Shown here: positions 34,975-46,193 of the stretch, piece after piece | How positions within the stretch are numbered: position 1 is the stretch's first letter | Layout: each line of letters opens with the position of its first letter | Assembly (NCBI RefSeq): GCF_001194135.2 | Contig: NC_069006.1 | Span: 12,378,505-12,424,938, forward strand | DNA length: 46,434 nt | Direction of reading: 5' to 3' | DNA from: Octopus bimaculoides | Taxonomy: Eukaryota | Notes under the pieces: model-generated | What the model was told of the DNA's origin: nothing | The model's input: the letters and a program-made list of their open reading frames with translations, nothing else | Databases searched by the model: none | Position numbers and translations under genes: made by a program

Positions 34975-35220
34975 CTTTATGGTGTCCTTATATATAATAC
35001 CGTCTACTGAAAGACCTGTGGTGATTTGTGTTGACCTAATCAGCTGGAAGTGCTCAGTAAGGTACACCTTTCATCTGTCACTCACACTCCAAACCATGCA
35101 CATCTGCAACAAGACTGAATAGTCATCTAAGAGGTCATGGATGGAGAGTCAGAAATGCTGTTGACAATGAGGAAGCACAAGGACAGAGCAATCATCTGTG
35201 AAGATGGGGCAATCGCCATG
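34975..35220 (+). mobile_element. RTE LINE (second type) 3' end with degenerate C2H2 finger
   Basis: PFICHSHSKPCTSATRLNSHLRGH keeps C-x2-(C>H)-x3-x-x5-L-x2-H-x3-H spacing. Confidence 0.55.
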
Positions 35221-35462
35221 TGTGTATGTGTGTGTGTGGGTGTGGGTACATGCATGCATGTGTGCATGCGTATGGACATAAGATAAATTAAGAATGGTAA
35301 TAAACGAGGGAAGAACAAATATATAGTATGTGTTTACTTGGCAAAAAAAAAGAAGATAAAAACCATCCCGAAATATAATATCTGTTTCAAAGCAGTTTCA
35401 CATTAGCAATCTTGCAACACCAATACATAGATGTATATATCTCTTTTTACTTGTTTCAGTCA

Positions 35463-36868
35463 GGCTATTGCAGTACCTTGTCCTACATCTTGATGGCAAA
35501 TTTGGAGTCCTTGGCACAATGCAATGGCGTCCAGTTCTTTTATTTGTGTAACTTTCGATGCCAAAGTTTGGGACAATTCCTTCGAGGATCTTCCAGATGT
35601 ATATTATGGCATATCTTTCTCATCTATGCTCTAAGGAATAGAGTCTTAATCTCTTGAGTCTTTCCCAATAGCTTATATACTGCATAGAGGCTATCTTCTT
35701 CGTGTAGCTTCGTTGGATTGCCTCAAGTTCTGAGATTAATTTGACACTGGTTGGTGACCATAGCTGAGAGCAATAGTCAAAGTGGCTTAGAACAAGTGTC
35801 TTCCAGAGCACCATCATGGTTTCCTGATCTCTTGTTCTAAAAGTCTTAAGAATCCATCCGGTCAGTCGCCTGCATTTCATTGACNNNNNNNNNNNNNNNN
35901 NNNNNNNNNNNNNNNNNNNNNNNNNNNNNNNNNNNNNNNNNNNNNNNNNNNNNNNNNNNNNNNNNNNNNNNNNNNNNNNNNNNNNNNNNNNNNNNNNNNN
36001 NNNNNNNNCATGAAAGGATGCATTATTACTCATGTAAATGCCCAGGTCTCACACTGTCTCTGCCTCTGGGATTGCAGTCCCTCCAGGTCCAGTGTATTTA
36101 ATGGGTACTGCATTTAGTTTTGCATGCTGATAGCACAAGGCTTGAAACTTTTCAGCATTAAACTGCATGTTATTCTTTTCAGCCCACTTGTATATTTCAT
36201 CCAGCTCACATTTCAGGTGCATAGTGAGACTTTTGTGTCATCTGCATAACTTGTGACCGTGGCTCTCTGTGTGGCTGAGGGCATGTCTGAGAGGGCCATT
36301 ATGAACAGTAGTGGTCCCAAAACAGTGCCTTGCGGAACACCACTCAATATTTGCGTGTGATTGGAACTGGCCCCATTGGCTACTACCACCTGACTTCTAT
36401 CCTTCAGAAAGTCATGAAGCCATTCTCTCAATTTTCCATCTATGCTGAGATCACGCAGTTTGTGACGTATCATTCCATGATCGACTTTATCAAAGGCCTT
36501 TGCAAAGTCGAGATATATCACTTCCACAATTGAGTGGTTAAGTAGCTGTTTTAGCACCCAGTCATAGTGTTGTAAGAGCTGAGTCAGGCAGCTTCTTCCT
36601 GGTCGGAAACCATGTTGGGTGTCAGGCAGCAAGTCATTTTCTTCAAGGAAGGCAATTAGTTTTCTTCTGACTATTCGTTCCATGACCTTGCTGATGTGTG
36701 AGGTGAGAGAGATAGGTCTGTAGTTCTTGGCCTCTGCTCTGCTACCTCCTTTATGAATAGGGCATATTTTACTCTCCTTCAGTTTTCTTGGGAGTTTGCC
36801 AGATGCAAGGAAGCTCTGAAAGAGGGACTGCAGTGGTCTTGCTAGGACTCGTTTACATACCTTTAGAA
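35463..36868 (-). mobile_element. CR1-group LINE reverse transcriptase and C-terminus
   Basis: PIHKGG..NYRPISLTSHISKVMERIV..QHGFRPGRSC..YLDFAKAFDKV..SGVPQGTVLGPLLF..YADD (36237-36248). Then LWKTLVLSHFDYCSQLWSP..LEAIQR..YWERLKRLRLYSLE. The 5' part runs into a gap. Confidence 0.95.
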
Positions 36869-37634
36869 NNNNNNNNNNNNNNNNNNNNNNNNNNNNNNNN
36901 NNNNNNNNNNNNNNNNNNNNNNNNNNNNNNNNNNNNNNNNNNNNNNNNNNNNNNNNNNNNNNNNNNNNNNNNNNNNNNNNNNNNNNNNNNNNNNNNNNNN
37001 NNNNNNNNNNNNNNNNNNNNNNNNNNNNNNNNNNNNNNNNNNNNNNNNNNNNNNNNNNNNNNNNNNNNNNNNNNNNNNNNNNNNNNNNNNNNNNNNNNNN
37101 NNNNNNNNNNNNNNNNNNNNNNNNNNNNNNNNNNNNNNNNNNNNNNNNNNNNNNNNNNNNNNNNNNNNNNNNNNNNNNNNNNNNNNNNNNNNNNNNNNNN
37201 NNNNNNNNNNNNNNNNNNNNNNNNNNNNNNNNNNNNNNNNNNNNNNNNNNNNNNNNNNNNNNNNNNNNNNNNNNNNNNNNNNNNNNNNNNNNNNNNNNNN
37301 NNNNNNNNNNNNNNNNNNNNNNNNNNNNNNNNNNNNNNNNNNNNNNNNNNNNNNNNNNNNNNNNNNNNNNNNNNNNNNNNNNNNNNNNNNNNNNNNNNNN
37401 NNNNNNNNNNNNNNNNNNNNNNNNNNNNNNNNNNNNNNNNNNNNNNNNNNNNNNNNNNNNNNNNNNNNNNNNNNNNNNNNNNNNNNNNNNNNNNNNNNNN
37501 NNNNNNNNNNNNNNNNNNNNNNNNNNNNNNNNNNNNNNNNNNNNNNNNNNNNNNNNNNNNNNNNNNNNNNNNNNNTACATACATATATATATATATACAT
37601 ATATATATACATATATATACATGCATATATATAT

Positions 37635-37675
<41 letters not shown>

Positions 37676-37947
37676 CTGGGTCCACCATAAGTAACTATGT
37701 ATTTTCTTTTGCTTGTAATTTTGTTGATACTTATTCAAATTTTTTTCTATTTCATTTGAAATCTTATATTTATATTTCAGATATACTGTAAAAATAAGAG
37801 CATCACAACAAACCACAGCACATACCCAAGGCAAACATAGCTTTGGCAAAACCCCGTGGAAATTGGTGGATGATACTAGTAAGACGTAAGTTATTTCCCT
37901 TGTATTTTTATTTACTTTTTTTACGTCTTTTATACTGGAAGATTACC

Positions 37948-37986
<39 letters not shown>

Positions 37987-38109
37987 TAGAGAAAGATAAA
38001 GCGAGAGAGAAGGAGATATATATATATAGAGAGATAGGGAGATATAAATATATATATATAGAGAGAGAGAGGAAGAAAGATAGATATATATATAGAGAAA
38101 AAGACAGAG

Positions 38110-38308
38110 AGAGTTGCCAACACCGCCTGACTGACCTTCGTAGGATTTTCGAGCGAGATCGTTGCCAGTGCCCCTGGACTGGCTCTTGTGTGGGTGGCAC
38201 ATAAAATACACCATCTTGATTGTAGCCGTTGCCAGTACCGCCTGACTGGCCTTCGTGCCACTGACACGTAAAAGCACCCACTACACTCTCTGAGTGGTTG
38301 GCGTTAGG
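38110..38308 (+). mobile_element. RTE 3'UTR fragment
   Basis: gttgccagtaccgcctgactggccttcgtgcc..gtaaaagcacccactacactctctgagtggttggcgttagg, then a gap. Confidence 0.85.
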
Positions 38309-38419
38309 NNNNNNNNNNNNNNNNNNNNNNNNNNNNNNNNNNNNNNNNNNNNNNNNNNNNNNNNNNNNNNNNNNNNNNNNNNNNNNNNNNNNNNNNNNNN
38401 NNNNNNNNTTATATTCCTG

Positions 38420-39190
38420 TAAATAGCCAATGGAATTCATAACTAAATCCACTGACCATTTCTCTTTACCCGTATCCACATTGAACTCTTTTCAGTAATG
38501 GCAGTTCTTCTGCAATCTTTGATACCCAACTGCCTGAGTAACCAACAGGTGGATCAGTCATGAATCCACATGATCCAACTTCAATTGATTTTACAACATA
38601 CTCATAACCCTTACTCCCTAGTTGCTTTACCAGCTTACCATATTTGCTCATCTTAAAGATATGCTGCTCTTCTATGTGGCTCTCATATGGTACTGACAAT
38701 TCAATGAGAATTACTTTGATACTTTATTCAGACCAATAAGACAATGTCTGGTCACAAGCAATTCTTGGTAATGAATAATGGGTAGTTCTTGCGCTTCTCA
38801 TTGATGTCTGCAGCTATTTCCCAGGAATCGTCACATCTAAGCAGGTTCCTTCCTGCCACAAATGCATATCCAGTTATCTTCTTCGCTCCAGTTCTCTCCC
38901 TTCCTTCTTCGGTTACAAAGGTCACTTTTTATTTGGTTGTGTCCTTCTGCATTTGGTCCGATTGATGTGGTCAATTCTTCCAGCACTTTGTTGTGCCTCT
39001 ATGTGTATCTACCATCAGTGAAAGCAGTCTTGCAGGAACTCAGGACATGGTCCATTGACTGGGGTTTGTTCTTGCACAGGAGACATATTGACATGTCTTC
39101 TATGTCCCACTTTTCAAGGTTTGATGGAAGCAGGTCATAAGTTGCTCTTATTATGAAGCTTACTTTAAGTGGTACCATGTGCCACATGTC
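38420..39190 (-). mobile_element. HERO-like non-LTR retrotransposon C-terminus (CCHC + RLE)
   Basis: WHMVPLKVSFIIRATYDLLPS..CLLC..MDHVLSSC..GRYTWRHNKVL, PDIVL, VILIELSVPYE..K.SKY, IEVGSCGF, EKSSMWIRVKR. Frameshifted. Confidence 0.85.
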
Positions 39191-39206
39191 ATTTCATGTG
39201 AGATAT

Positions 39207-39258
<52 letters not shown>

Positions 39259-40144
39259 NNNNNNNNNNNNNNNNNNNNNNNNNNNNNNNNNNNNNNNNNN
39301 NNNNNNNNNNNNNNNNNNNNNNNNNNNNNNNNNNNNNNNNNNNNNNNNNNNNNNNNNNNNNNNNNNNNNNNNNNNNNNNNNNNNNNNNNNNNNNNNNNNN
39401 NNNNNNNNNNNNNNNNNNNNNNNNNNNNNNNNNNNNNNNNNNNNNNNNNNNNNNNNNNNNNNNNNNNNNNNNNNNNNNNNNNNNNNNNNNNNNNNNNNNN
39501 NNNNNNNNNNNNNNNNNNNNNNNNNNNNNNNNNNNNNNNNNNNNNNNNNNNNNNNNNNNNNNNNNNNNNNNNNNNNNNNNNNNNNNNNNNNNNNNNNNNN
39601 NNNNNNNNNNNNNNNNNNNNNNNNNNNNNNNNNNNNNNNNNNNNNNNNNNNNNNNNNNNNNNNNNNNNNNNNNNNNNNNNNNNNNNNNNNNNNNNNNNNN
39701 NNNNNNNNNNNNNNNNNNNNNNNNNNNNNNNNNNNNNNNNNNNNNNNNNNNNNNNNNNNNNNNNNNNNNNNNNNNNNNNNNNNNNNNNNNNNNNNNNNNN
39801 NNNNNNNNNNNNNNNNNNNNNNNNNNNNNNNNNNNNNNNNNNNNNNNNNNNNNNNNNNNNNNNNNNNNNNNNNNNNNNNNNNNNNNNNNNNNNNNNNNNN
39901 NNNNNNNNNNNNNNNNNNNNNNNNNNNNNNNNNNNNNNNNNNNNNNNNNNNNNNNNNNNNNNNNNNNNNNNNNNNNNNNNNNNNNNNNNNNNNNNNNNNN
40001 NNNNNNNNNNNNNNNNNNNNNNNNNNNNNNNNNNNNNNNNNNNNNNNNNNNNNNNNNNNNNNNNNNNNNNNNNNNNNNNNNNNNNNNNNNNNNNATATAT
40101 GCATATGTGTGTGTGTATATCTATACTATTGGCATTATTATTAT

Positions 40145-40335
40145 TAGCAGAATCGTTAGTATGTCTGGCAAAATGCTTTGCAGCATTTCATCCATCTTTA
40201 CATTCTAAGTTCAAATTCCACCAAGGTTGACTTTGCCTTTCATCCTATCTGGCTCAGTAAAATAAGTACCAGTTGAATAATGAGGTCAATGTCACTGCCT
40301 TATTTCCTCCCCTGAAATTGCTGGCTTTGTGCCAA
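40145..40335 (+). mobile_element. SINE family B
   Basis: ttctaagttcaaattccaccaaggttgactttgcctttcatcct..aaaataagtaccagttg. Confidence 0.85.
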
Positions 40336-40872
40336 AATTTTTTTACTATTATCATTTAGTCCTTGACACCATTAACATGTTCAAGACCACACACTACCAT
40401 TTCCATTCACAATTAAACACCCTGACCCAGCTTCATTTCCTTCCCATCCTCTCCCCCAAATTCTTAACCTTCTCAATTCAATACTCCTTGTCCTTTTTTC
40501 CACAGATTTTGTATGCAAAACAGACACAACCATCCCATTTCCTTTCAACACTATTCACTTGTACAACTTCCTTTTTTCCCTCCCCACTACCTCACTTTAT
40601 ATATCTCTCCTTCTCTCTTTCTTTTTCTCTCACTCTTCCACTCTCTCTTTCTGTCTCCCTTCTTTCTCCCTCTCTACACATATTCATCCTCCTAATTTAG
40701 TAACTGACCAAATATATTGAAATATTTCCATCAACTGGTTAATATTTTGAAGGTCTTACGTTATGGATGCATTTCCCATTATATATTACACAAAAACATG
40801 AAGCATACATTTTAAATAAACTTTAAAATATCACTATTTGGTTTCACTTCATTATTACAACTTATATATATA

Positions 40873-41033
40873 GACGCAGGAGTGGCTGTGTGGTAAGTAA
40901 TTTGCTTACCAACCACATGGTTCCATGTTCAGTCCCACTCCATGGCACCTTGGGCAATTGTCTTCTACTATAGCCTCGGGCTGACCAAAGCCTTTTGAGT
41001 GGATTTCGTAGACCGAAACTGAAAGAAGCCCAT

Positions 41034-41067
<34 letters not shown>

Positions 41068-41164
41068 TGTGTTTGACCCCCCAACATCGCTTGACAACTG
41101 ATGCTGGTGTGTTTACATCCCCGGAAACTTAGGAAGACTGATATAATAAGTACTAGGCTTACAA
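40873..41164 (+). mobile_element. SINE family A (runs into gap)
   Basis: gacgcaggagtggctgtgtggtaag..gttcagtccc..aagtactaggcttacaa. Confidence 0.9.
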
Positions 41165-42276
41165 NNNNNNNNNNNNNNNNNNNNNNNNNNNNNNNNNNNN
41201 NNNNNNNNNNNNNNNNNNNNNNNNNNNNNNNNNNNNNNNNNNNNNNNNNNNNNNNNNNNNNNNNNNNNNNNNNNNNNNNNNNNNNNNNNNNNNNNNNNNN
41301 NNNNNNNNNNNNNNNNNNNNNNNNNNNNNNNNNNNNNNNNNNNNNNNNNNNNNNNNNNNNNNNNNNNNNNNNNNNNNNNNNNNNNNNNNNNNNNNNNNNN
41401 NNNNNNNNNNNNNNNNNNNNNNNNNNNNNNNNNNNNNNNNNNNNNNNNNNNNNNNNNNNNNNNNNNNNNNNNNNNNNNNNNNNNNNNNNNNNNNNNNNNN
41501 NNNNNNNNNNNNNNNNNNNNNNNNNNNNNNNNNNNNNNNNNNNNNNNNNNNNNNNNNNNNNNNNNNNNNNNNNNNNNNNNNNNNNNNNNNNNNNNNNNNN
41601 NNNNNNNNNNNNNNNNNNNNNNNNNNNNNNNNNNNNNNNNNNNNNNNNNNNNNNNNNNNNNNNNNNNNNNNNNNNNNNNNNNNNNNNNNNNNNNNNNNNN
41701 NNNNNNNNNNNNNNNNNNNNNNNNNNNNNNNNNNNNNNNNNNNNNNNNNNNNNNNNNNNNNNNNNNNNNNNNNNNNNNNNNNNNNNNNNNNNNNNNNNNN
41801 NNNNNNNNNNNNNNNNNNNNNNNNNNNNNNNNNNNNNNNNNNNNNNNNNNNNNNNNNNNNNNNNNNNNNNNNNNNNNNNNNNNNNNNNNNNNNNNNNNNN
41901 NNNNNNNNNNNNNNNNNNNNNNNNNNNNNNNNNNNNNNNNNNNNNNNNNNNNNNNNNNNNNNNNNNNNNNNNNNNNNNNNNNNNNNNNNNNNNNNNNNNN
42001 NNNNNNNNNNNNNNNNNNNNNNNNNNNNNNNNNNNNNNNNNNNNNNNNNNNNNNTCTTTTTATCAATGAAGGAAGCCAGACTAAGCTTTCAACAAAGGAA
42101 ATGTAGCTTATGGTGCTACTGGAAGTTTGAAAATGTAGTCAAAGACTGCATTTGTCATTTAGTCCTTGACACCACTAATATGTTCAAGACCACACACTGC
42201 CATTTCCATTCACAATTAAACACCCTGACTCCAGCTTCATTTCCTTCCCATCCTCTCCCTCAAATTCTTAACCTTC

Positions 42277-42445
42277 TGGCACAAAGCCAGCAATTTTAAG
42301 GGGAGGGAATAAGGCAGTGCCATTGACCCCATTATTCAACTGGTACTTATTTTACTGAGCCAGAAAGGATGAAAGGCAAAGTCAACCTTGGTGGAATTTG
42401 AACTTAGAATGTAAAAATGGATGAAATGCTGCAAAGCATTTTGCC
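42277..42445 (-). mobile_element. SINE family B, about 96% identical to 40167-40334
   Basis: Shares the variants ctggctcagtaaaataag and cactgccttatt with the 40.2 kb copy; the other family B copies in the window lack them. Confidence 0.88.
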
Positions 42446-42519
42446 TGACAATGCCAGAAGTATGGATATACACACATATACACGCTCACACACATATGCA
42501 TATATACAAAGTGCAGAGA

Positions 42520-42840
42520 CTGTTTAGGAGGGAATTTCAAACAGATCCATCAACACAACCTACCACCACTTGAATCAGAAATAAATTTGGAACTGATGGA
42601 ACTGTTCTGGGAAACCATGGATGTCAATAAGCCCCGCAAAGCAAGAAAAGTACTAGAAACATATTGCCAGGGATCTAAAAAAAATCTATGCAGCATCTAA
42701 GTTATGAGATAGGAATTTCAAAATCAACCATCCATCACATTTTGAAGTGCTGGAGTTGAAAAAGAATAGTCCATGCTTTCAATGAAAAGGATTTAAGCCA
42801 AAGAGTGGAGTTTTGTGAGAATGTGCACTTTACAAACAAA
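42520..42840 (+). mobile_element. Tc1/mariner-superfamily transposase N-terminal remnant
   Basis: RLFRREFQTDPS..IRNKFGTDGTV..KSMQHLSYEIGISKSTIHHILK..VHAFNEKD..QRVEFCE; HTH pattern, frameshifted. Confidence 0.65.
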
Positions 42841-43255
42841 CATTTTAGAGTCAAGAGGACATTAATCTTGTCTTAGCAAGGACAGAAGACCATTCCAATG
42901 CTGGAACTATAAATAAATGTATTGAGGGATCTCTGTAAAGTGGTTGGTTTAGATAAGGCATCGAGCCATCGAGCCATAGAAGCCATGCCAAGATGAAAAT
43001 AGACAAGTGAGGTATGGTCTCCTGGTTGCATGTAGGGTAGTTGTGACCCTCAACAAGAGCTAACTTGAACTATAATAATCTCTCGAACCTGTGTCCACAT
43101 GGAAAGTGAACATTAAATGAAGATGATATGTTTGTATGTATTTAGTACAAGTATACAAAGCAACAAGTGTCAATAAAAGATGTGTACATTTATTTTTTAA
43201 ACATGTTCTTACTAGAATAGGAAACATTTGCTGTAGAATTTTATCTCAGAAATTC

Positions 43256-43310
<55 letters not shown>

Positions 43311-43319
43311 GAAGAAGAA

Positions 43320-43544
43320 GGGATGTCCTGCTAGATATACTGAGATGCCCTAGGCATGTTGTTCATGCCTGCTGTATTTTAACAAATGTAATCTTTCTTT
43401 GACAGGTTGTACTCTCTATATTTTATGATTATATGATTTTAATTCTATGTTATATATACTCACGGATAACTGTAGCCAGTCATAGCCAAAATAAAGCAGA
43501 CACATCATGCCTAGGACATCTCAGTATATCTAGTGGGACATCCC
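43320..43544. mobile_element. 225-bp MITE with about 39-bp TIRs
   Basis: gggatgtcc.gctagatatactgagatg.cctaggcatg pairs with catgcctagg.catctcagtatatctag..ggacatccc. Confidence 0.85.
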
Positions 43545-43619
43545 CTTCCTTATGCATGTACCTGATGTGACACAAACTGCACAGATTGATGCAAAACGTC
43601 TAGATGCACAAAATCCTAC

Positions 43620-43672
43620 CCATAACAGATGGTTGCAGGATGGGTCAAAACGATCGTCACACTGAATAAAGA
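43620..43672 (+). ncRNA. Heavily decayed hammerhead relic / Penelope terminus
   Basis: CAGATGG core-like at 43626-43632, tc-AAAA, palindromic ACGATCGT (43650-43657) + C, then AATAAA at 43665. Confidence 0.4.
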
Positions 43673-43914
43673 CTAGTGTTAGAATCTATCTTCTGTTTCT
43701 TTCATCAATTATTATTATCTCAACTAACACTGTGGAGTCCCTGATGTAGATCCAGTGGATATATGCCCCAACAGTAGATGACACCAGGTGGCCCAAATTG
43801 TGAATGTGCTTTACTCAACACACTAACTGACATATACCCATTAGTCCAAAAAAATTGCATATAATATATAACAAACAGATATATATAACAGGGTCCCTTG
43901 CTCCCTTATCTACT

Positions 43915-45358
43915 GGTCAATGTGGAAGCTAGGGATAGAGGAATAGTTAGTAAGAGTTGACAAGCCATGTACAGGTGAGTTGCACATAAGGTGAAGGTTG
44001 GCAACAAGTTTAGCAATAAATTCAGTGTACAGGTAGGAGTTCACTAAGGATCAGTTCTCAGCCCCCTCTTGTTTATCAAAGTCCTCCAGGCCTTAACAGA
44101 GGAATTCAAGACTGGCTGCCCCTGGGAGTTCCTTTATGCTGATGACTTTGTTCTTATAGCTAAGTCGCTACCTAACCTAGAGAAGAAATTTCAGGTGTAG
44201 AAGCAAAGCCTGGAATCTAAGGGCCTTAGAGATGATTTAGCAAAAACCAAAGTCCTAGCAAGTAGGAAAACAGACAAATCACAAATCCATTTAGGGAAAT
44301 GGCCCTGCTTGATGTGTAAGAAGGCTGTTGATTGAAACTTCATACCCAGTGCAAGCTTTGGACACATGAGGGGTGTAGCAGTATCACAGGAAGGTTAACA
44401 GAGTAAATAGTCTTTGTGTGTGGCAAATGTGCAGGTACAATAAGCACTAAAAATGTGCAGATAGTAGACTCCCTTAAATGCTTGGTGAGATCATTAGAAG
44501 TAGTAAATAGCTTCTATTACCTAGGTAACCAAGTTAGCAGTGGTGGAGGAAGTTCTGAAAGTGTAGTAGCTGGAATAAGAATGGACTGGGCAAAATTCTG
44601 AGTGCTTCTATCTTTGTTGATAATTAAGGGCCTCTCCTTCAGAGTGAAAAGCAGATTCTATGAGGCCTGTGTATGTACAGCTATGCTACATGGCAGTGAA
44701 ACATGGGCTTTGACTACAGAGGACTTGTGAAGGCTTGACAGCAATGAAGCTAGTATGCTCCGCTAGGCGGGTAATGTCATTGTGCATACATGACAGAGTG
44801 TAAATGATTTCAAAGGAAAACTAAATATAAGAGGCATCAGACATTGTGTTCAAGAGAGAAGTCTGCACTCGTTTGGTCATGTGATGTGTATGGATGAGGA
44901 CAGCTGCATAAAAAGTGCCCAGCTCTAACTGTGAAGGGAACCTATGGAAGGGATAGACTCAGAAAGCTGTAGGACAAAGTGGTGAGAAAAGATCTTCAGA
45001 TGCTGGGTCTCACTGAGGAAATGACAAGAGACTGGAAGTTGTGACGATTTGCTCTACTTGAGAAGATGCATCAAGCTAAGTAAATCACTGTTATCCATAC
45101 ATACAGGCGCCAGGGCCACATGGAATGCACTTGTGCTGCTGCTGTGTAAATGCACCCATGCTGGTGACATGTAAAAAGCACCTGGCACACTCCACAAAGT
45201 GGTTGGTGTTAGGAAGGGCATCCAGCCATAGAAACTATGCCACAGCAGACAATTGGTGTCTGGACAGCTCCCCAGCTAACCAGCTCCTGTCAAACTGTCC
45301 AACTCATGCCAGCATGGAAAACAGACATTAAGCAATGAAGATGATGATGACGTTGATG
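43915..45358 (+). mobile_element. 5'-truncated RTE LINE with RT, PHD-like finger, 3'UTR and (GAT)n tail
   Basis: VGVH.GSVLSPLLFI..EEFKTGCPWEFLYADD (44135-44146), Cys/His cluster at 44300-44430, FYYLG..GSETW, then ggttggtgttaggaagggcatccagcc and gatgatga tail. Many stops. Confidence 0.93.
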
Positions 45359-45529
45359 TGTCATCTGAATTGACAACACTTTCATCAATTACAAAAAGTA
45401 GCCTATCTATTCAAAACATTGGGTAAACTATGGATAAATCTCTATCCAACAGACTTTCACATTCTGTATTTATTAGTAAAATATTCCAATTTGATCTCAA
45501 TAAAAAGATTTAGACCAATAACTTGTAGA

Positions 45530-45575
45530 TACAGGGTGAGCCAAAAGTCATGCACCAAAACATTTGACATTTTAT
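45530..45575 (+). mobile_element. Solo TA-CAGGGTG Tc1/mariner terminus
   Basis: TA-cagggtgagccaaaagtcatgcacc; no partner seen. Confidence 0.45.
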
Positions 45576-45617
45576 TTATATTACATTATTGTTGTTGTTG
45601 TTGCTCTTATTATTATT

Positions 45618-46170
45618 GAGTGAGAGAGCAGTTCATGCCATCAAAGTGACACTGGGGTAAAATATACGAAGCTCAGTAAACCCATCATGACTACCCGTCT
45701 GATAAGGGCACACCAGGCACATGCATCACAACCACATGTGCGCAACATGGTGATCTCATATCAAGATAAACAGTGCATGACCTTGCAGGTGGGGCCCAGT
45801 TAGAATTTTCTTCAGGTCGAGTAGCCCACCCCACTCAAAAGGTCTCTGAATAAGGATTGTTTAAGAATGTTGAACAAAACATCCATGTTGCCAGAGGTGA
45901 ATTACTCAAACCACAAAGAATTCTTCTCAACATATGGCTATGATGGTCCCCCACTACTTCTGCTCATGATCAGAGATGCACATATCATCAGCTACCAAGG
46001 GACATGTTCAACTGGTTAAGGTCAAACAACTGACAAGCAAATCTGGTATTGAGCAGAGTATTTGTTGTAACTCATGTTTTATACCAAGACAAAACATGTA
46101 CAGGATAACACTTCCAATCAGTCAAGATAAGAAACTATGGGAGCCAGTGCCTGGTACTGTATCAGGGCAT
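45618..46170 (-). mobile_element. About 550-bp non-coding interspersed element flanked by (TTA)n on both sides
   Basis: Complex sequence with sharp boundaries at microsatellites 45588-45617 and 46171-46193; no credible ORF. Repeat status is recognised rather than shown within this window. Confidence 0.55.
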
Positions 46171-46193
46171 TTATTATTATTATTATTATTATT

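Noticed and set aside
35133-35220. Apparent exon VMDGESEMLLTMRKHKDRAIICEDGAIA
   Set aside because: The overlapping frame gives the RTE terminal zinc finger, so this is a LINE 3' end.
36863-42069. Very long ORFs containing X runs
   Set aside because: They are artefacts of translating N gaps.
43561-43770. Two more CTGATG starts (43562, 43741) as possible hammerheads
   Set aside because: No GAAA, stem III or stem I could be placed in register.
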